Both the position numbers and the translations under genes were made by a program. A DNA stretch of 64,000 nucleotides from Eledone cirrhosa (Eukaryota), in contig OZ024741.1 of NCBI GenBank assembly GCA_964016885.1, forward strand, positions 385,144,001 to 385,208,000. Reading direction: 5' to 3'. The notes under the pieces were generated by a model. The model saw only the letters and a list, made by a program, of their open reading frames with translations. It did no database searches and was not told the DNA's origin. The first letter of the stretch is position 1; every line of letters begins with the position of its first letter. Below, piece by piece: positions 59,177-64,000 of this stretch.

Positions 59177-59830
59177 GAAGAAGGAGGAGGAGAAAGTAAA
59201 AGAATGTGAAGGATAGAAATATAGAAGACAAAAAAAAGCATACAGAAAATGTGTTTATGAAGTAAAAGTGAATGTAAAGGAAGAGAGTATGTGTGAACAT
59301 GGTGGAAATGGATGAATAAAGGTGTTGTGTTCTATGAAAGACAGCCTATATGATGTACAAGGAAATAGTGAGGAATACATTTATTTTGAGAGATTTGGGT
59401 GCATATGTATGTATGTGTGTTGTGTATATATACATATATGTGTGTGTGACTGCAGTGGACCCCACTAGTCATAATATAAATGGCAGGTTTCATCAGAAAA
59501 CCGAGTTCTCTCTCCCCACTTACAGGAAGCTATTTCATTTACTGTCACACACAGTATGTATGTGTGTGTGAATTTATATATGTATGTATATATATATATA
59601 TATACATATCTAGGGAGTGTAGGTATGTCCTTTAGGAAGGAAGTGTTTTCTACTAGCATTCTAAAGGGTCCGTCGAGCTGCCGATTATAGAGTCGGATAA
59701 GATCGATACAGATCGAACCTTGAGCTGATCAGTGGTGAAACGCGCGTCACCTACCAATAAATGTAATGAAGGAGTAACCAATCGTCCTTGTTATCCTTTC
59801 AATATATATATATATATACATATATAAATT

Positions 59831-59863
<33 letters not shown>

Positions 59864-60092
59864 CTATGTATGTGTGTATGTATACATCACCATCAGCATC
59901 ATGATCGTTTAATGTCCATTTTTCACGCTAGCCGACCACATTTACAGTGTGGGCTGGGTGCTTTTTGTCACGACACCTACACGACCACTTTACAATGTGG
60001 GCTGGATGCGCACACACACACACACACAAATATATATATATATATATATAAAGAATGAATAATAACAGGTAGACATCATAAAAAGGTAATTT

Positions 60093-60215
60093 ATTCCGTG
60101 TGCTTACAAGTGTTTCCACGGTGGTACTGCAGCCTAGTTACGCTACGTGCAAATTCACAAGTACTTGCGAACTCGAATATCCAATGCTGTGACCACTGTT
60201 TCCTCAGAGCAGAAT
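60093..60215 (-). ncRNA. Type I hammerhead ribozyme, long stem II
   Basis: Reverse complement of 61234-61357. Confidence 0.72.
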
Positions 60216-60707
60216 GGTAAATGTACAATGTAAATACCCTTAAGTGGGGTTGTTGGGGAAGATAGAGTGGAACAGGAAGAGAGAAAAGTAGGGAAGAGGG
60301 AGAGAGAAAGAAAGATATGCAGGGGTTGGAGAAGTAGGAGAGAGTGGCTTGTAGATATCTTAATCAAAATGTTATGGTAGGGGTTTTATTATACTGGTTA
60401 CTTTTGGAGAGATGCGTTGATAGTTAAGGTCGGAATTATTTATTGCCCCAGAGGGCAGGTTCATAGATGTTGAGAGGGAGGTAGGTCAAAGGTGAGAGAG
60501 AGAGAGAGTGTAATGGATGTAGAGAGAGATATAGGTAGAGAGGGGACAGACAAAGTATGTGTGGTGAGTGAACTTTGGGTTTGTAGTAGTAATCTAGGAA
60601 TTGCACTGAGTTACCATGTATAGTGATAAGCAGTGTATTGTCTTGTAGTGTGGGGGGAAGAGAAGGTTGTTAGCTAGAAAGTGATGTTATAGTTACGGGT
60701 TCGAATG

Positions 60708-61010
60708 TTAAGTTATTTTATAGTGAGAGAATTTAGCTTTTAGTTTGTGGTTGCAGTATAATGATCGTTCAATTCTATCGTTAAGTAGTTTGTTTTGGGA
60801 TCTTAATATGTAAAATAGCTCAAGGTTACATAACCTGCAGTACTTCAATCCACTCCGATATGCACTTGCGCTGGAAAGTATATCCCATTTTAAGGTGAAC
60901 TGTTGGTTGTGTTCACGGAGTTGCCAAGTCTTGTTGGCGAGCGTGGTCACAAAATGGTGATTCGGATGTTTGATTGAGAATCGATGACGGTACCAGCGAG
61001 ATTTAAACGA
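60708..61010 (-). pseudogene. PLE-D GIY-YIG endonuclease C-terminal fragment
   Basis: SFKSRWYRHRFS..TTLANKTWQL..LKWDIL..CRLCNLE..LLNDR..CNHK. Confidence 0.8.
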
Positions 61011-61233
61011 TAATTCCGACCTTAACTATCAACGCATCTCTCCAAAAGTAACCAGTATAATAAAACCCCTACCATAACATTTTGATTAAGATATCTACAA
61101 GCCACTCTCTCCTACTTCTCCAACCCCTGCATATCTTTCTTTCTCTCTCCCTCTTCCCTACTTTTCTCTCTTCCTTTTCTACTCTATCTTCCCCAACAAC
61201 CCCACTTAAGGGTATTTACATTGTACATTTACC

Positions 61234-61357
61234 ATTCTGCTCTGAGGAAACAGTGGTCACAGCATTGGATATTCGAGTTCTGCAAGTACTTGTGAATTTG
61301 CACGTAGCGTAACTAGGCTGCAGTACCACCGTGGAAACACTTGTAAGCACACGGAAT
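61234..61357 (+). ncRNA. Type I hammerhead ribozyme, long stem II
   Basis: TGCT-CTGAGGA-aACaGTGGT..ACCACcGTg-GAA-ACActTGT-A-AGCA. Confidence 0.72.
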
Positions 61358-63956
61358 AAATTACCTTTTTATGATGTCTACCTGTTATTATTCATTCTTT
61401 ATATACACTCCGGAATACTGAAGGATCAGGAACTAAGTTTCTTGAACAATTCTTCCATAACTCGTAGAGTAACCTCTTACCGTACGTCAACCATATCCAG
61501 TGTAGTAATTAACCATTACTACATCTTGGATAATCCTATACCTAATATATATATATATATATATATATGGACAATACTGTTTAGCTTATTGATCCATTGA
61601 GTACTTTGTGATTGCCTCAAACAGCTCGATTAGTACCTGCTATATTGCAGCTACAACTTTGATTCATACCCAATAGTGTGTGTGGGGGGGGGGGGGGGTG
61701 ATTAGGGTAAGTTCAATTTAATTTACTATTTATCAGAGTCATTTATCAAATAAAGAATTATCTCTTTGTGTACAAAATGGGAGGGTGTAAACATGAAAGA
61801 AACCCAGTAAATGTGAGGAGTGGGTGCATTTGACTATGTAAGGAAGAGAGTTTGTGTGTGTGTGTGTGCCTCTAGCATAGTATGTCGAGAGAAAGAATGT
61901 GGGAGAGAGGACAGTTTGTTGACAGAAGGAGAGAGTGTATGTGTGTGTATATATATATATATTTACATACATACATACACACACACAAGCTTGAGCAGGA
62001 TGGGAAGTGAGGAAGTAAAAGTTGCATGCCTATGATAGAGTATGACAGAAAGTGTGTGTGGGTGGGTGTGTGTGAGAGAGAGAGAGGGTGATGATAGAAT
62101 ATGTGAGAAAGATAGAGTAGGTGTGTGACTGTGAGAGATGATCATATTTAATAGAGAAAGATAGAGTAGGTGGATGAGAGAAAGTGTTTGTGTGTGATAG
62201 AGCAAGAGAGATAGAGATTATGAATGTGTGAAAGAGAATGAGAGGTGTAACAGAATATATAAGAGAGAAAGAGACAAAGAGAGTGTGAATGTAATTTCCT
62301 CCATAATTATATACAACAAAGCTTTTTAAAATATTGTTTTCTTTAGTTTATATATTATGTAATGTTTTCAGGGTTATTGTTGTTTAGCCCTAGGTCAGTC
62401 CTGGTCGTGATCTATTAATCAAAAGTTTTTCAACCATGACTAGGGCTATCTAGAAGTACACTATCCAATGTGTTCTCTTTTTGTATGGGTGTGTCCATTG
62501 AGGAAGATTTGGCTGTTATTTCTAGCAGATTGAGAGATTATACAGAAGTTCCCTCCTTGGTTCAATGTAACGTGTGTGTATAATACAACAGCAGCCAAAA
62601 TCTTTCAGCAGAATCATGGGCCAGAAATGATCAATGATGTTCTCTTGTTTGCATCCTTCTTTAGATATGCCATCACTCCTTGGTTCATTAAACTGGTAAT
62701 TCTGCAGTTGCAATAGATATCTGCCAAACTGGCTAATTGAAACAAACACAGAGAGGGGAGACAGGAAGATGAGGAGATAAAGTCCAGTAGTGGCTATTGT
62801 TGCTTTACTTTAGTATAAATCTACAGGATCAATACACATGAGTGGAATGTATTACATGGACCTAAGTATTGCTGTTATGGCTCACACCAGGTTAAAAAAG
62901 CCTCCTATGAGATCGCATTTCATTAGATGTTTCCAGAGTGTAGTAACCCTTTTGACACCAACTTGGCCAAAAGAAGCTCTGATTCTATAAAAAATATAAA
63001 AATCTTCCTAAATTTATATCTTCAAACATAATTTTATGTCAAATTATTATCTTAATAATGAAATAATTAATAATTTTAGCAAATCTTTCAATATTCTTCC
63101 ATAATTGAAATAGAATGTATTTCATTAGAAATATGATCACAAAACTACCCCTATTATGATGATGACCTAAGTACTGATAAAAAAAAACAGTACAAGAAAT
63201 GTACAAAGTGTGCTTGCACAAGCCCCCTAATAAAAGAGGCGTGGATTTTTCATTAGAAATATGGTCACAAAATTGCTAATGATAGGGAGAGGACAGGCCC
63301 CAATTATGATGACCTAAGTACTGATAAAATAACTACAAGTAATATACACAGTGTGCTTGCACTAGCCCCCTAGTAAAAGAGATATGGGAAACCACAGAGG
63401 CACACGGGTCAGACATTTTAGCAGAAGAGTGTAATTAATTATATTGGACTAGTGTTTGACTTGTACTTTATTTTATTGACCCAGGAAGGATGAAAACAAA
63501 TTCAATTTCAGCAGGATTCGAATTCTGTATGTAATTAAATACACCAAGACATTTTGTCCAGCACTCTATCGATTCAGCCATCCATCACAGTTTGTAATGA
63601 TAATATTGATTTCTTATTTAGGACACAAGAATTAGTTGTTGTTGTTGGTGGTGATGGTTGTATACAGGGGGTAGTCAGCTAAATAGACCTAATTATATTC
63701 AATCAAAATCCAGTCTAGTGTGATCATACCAAGATATAGAGCAACAGACACAACCATACCATCTTTCTTCAGCCATCAACCCAGCATTCTCCCTGTCCAT
63801 TCCTTGATGTCATTCCACTGCCTTCTTTTAGACATTCTTTTATAATCTTTTGCTTGGGGCAGGTGACTTGTCTCTGCATGCTAAATATACCACCACTACC
63901 CCGCCTATTACTACTACTTAACACTGGAAGTTAAAATCAAATCCAGTGATTCACAC

Positions 63957-63958
<2 letters not shown>

Positions 63959-64000
<42 letters not shown>
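63959..64000. repeat. (GA)n microsatellite
   Basis: Directly visible. Confidence 0.97.

Larger units (their letters stand above)
60046..61545. mobile_element. Penelope-like element family D: minus-strand 3' fragment with inverted pLTR (arms 60046-60439 and 61010-61405) and ~140-bp tail
   Basis: ~395-bp inverted arms, GIY-YIG C-terminus between them, (TA)n flanks. Confidence 0.85.

Noticed and set aside
59040-59300. Poly-His / poly-Ser ORFs
   Set aside because: (GAT/GGT)n tail of an old RTE-type element

Overview
Non-genic, extremely AT-rich animal genomic DNA. The SINE/RTE repertoire and (TA)n load suggest a mollusc, probably an octopus (inference). No host gene is supported, and almost all long IY/YI-rich ORFs are microsatellite artefacts. 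Bases ~1-49,000 are a (TA)n microsatellite field packed with retroelements. These include Penelope-like elements (PLEs; RT + GIY-YIG) of at least four families, several in head-to-head inverted form, and two RTE-clade LINE families. One RTE copy is full length (1039-aa APE-RT ORF). It has a PHD-type zinc finger inserted in the RT and a 4.2-kb nested tandem array upstream, in which each higher-order unit starts with a correctly spaced Inr+DPE core promoter. The field also holds three short non-coding, terminally redundant or tandem units (314, 467, 614 bp), each with one type I hammerhead ribozyme, i.e. retrozyme-like elements. By manual folding I find 13 hammerhead motifs, several with non-canonical cores (UUGAUAA, UUGACGA, CAGAAGA) or very long stem II inserts. 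Bases ~49,000-64,000 are older intergenic/intronic DNA with SINEs, MITEs, a non-autonomous Helitron and one more inverted PLE.
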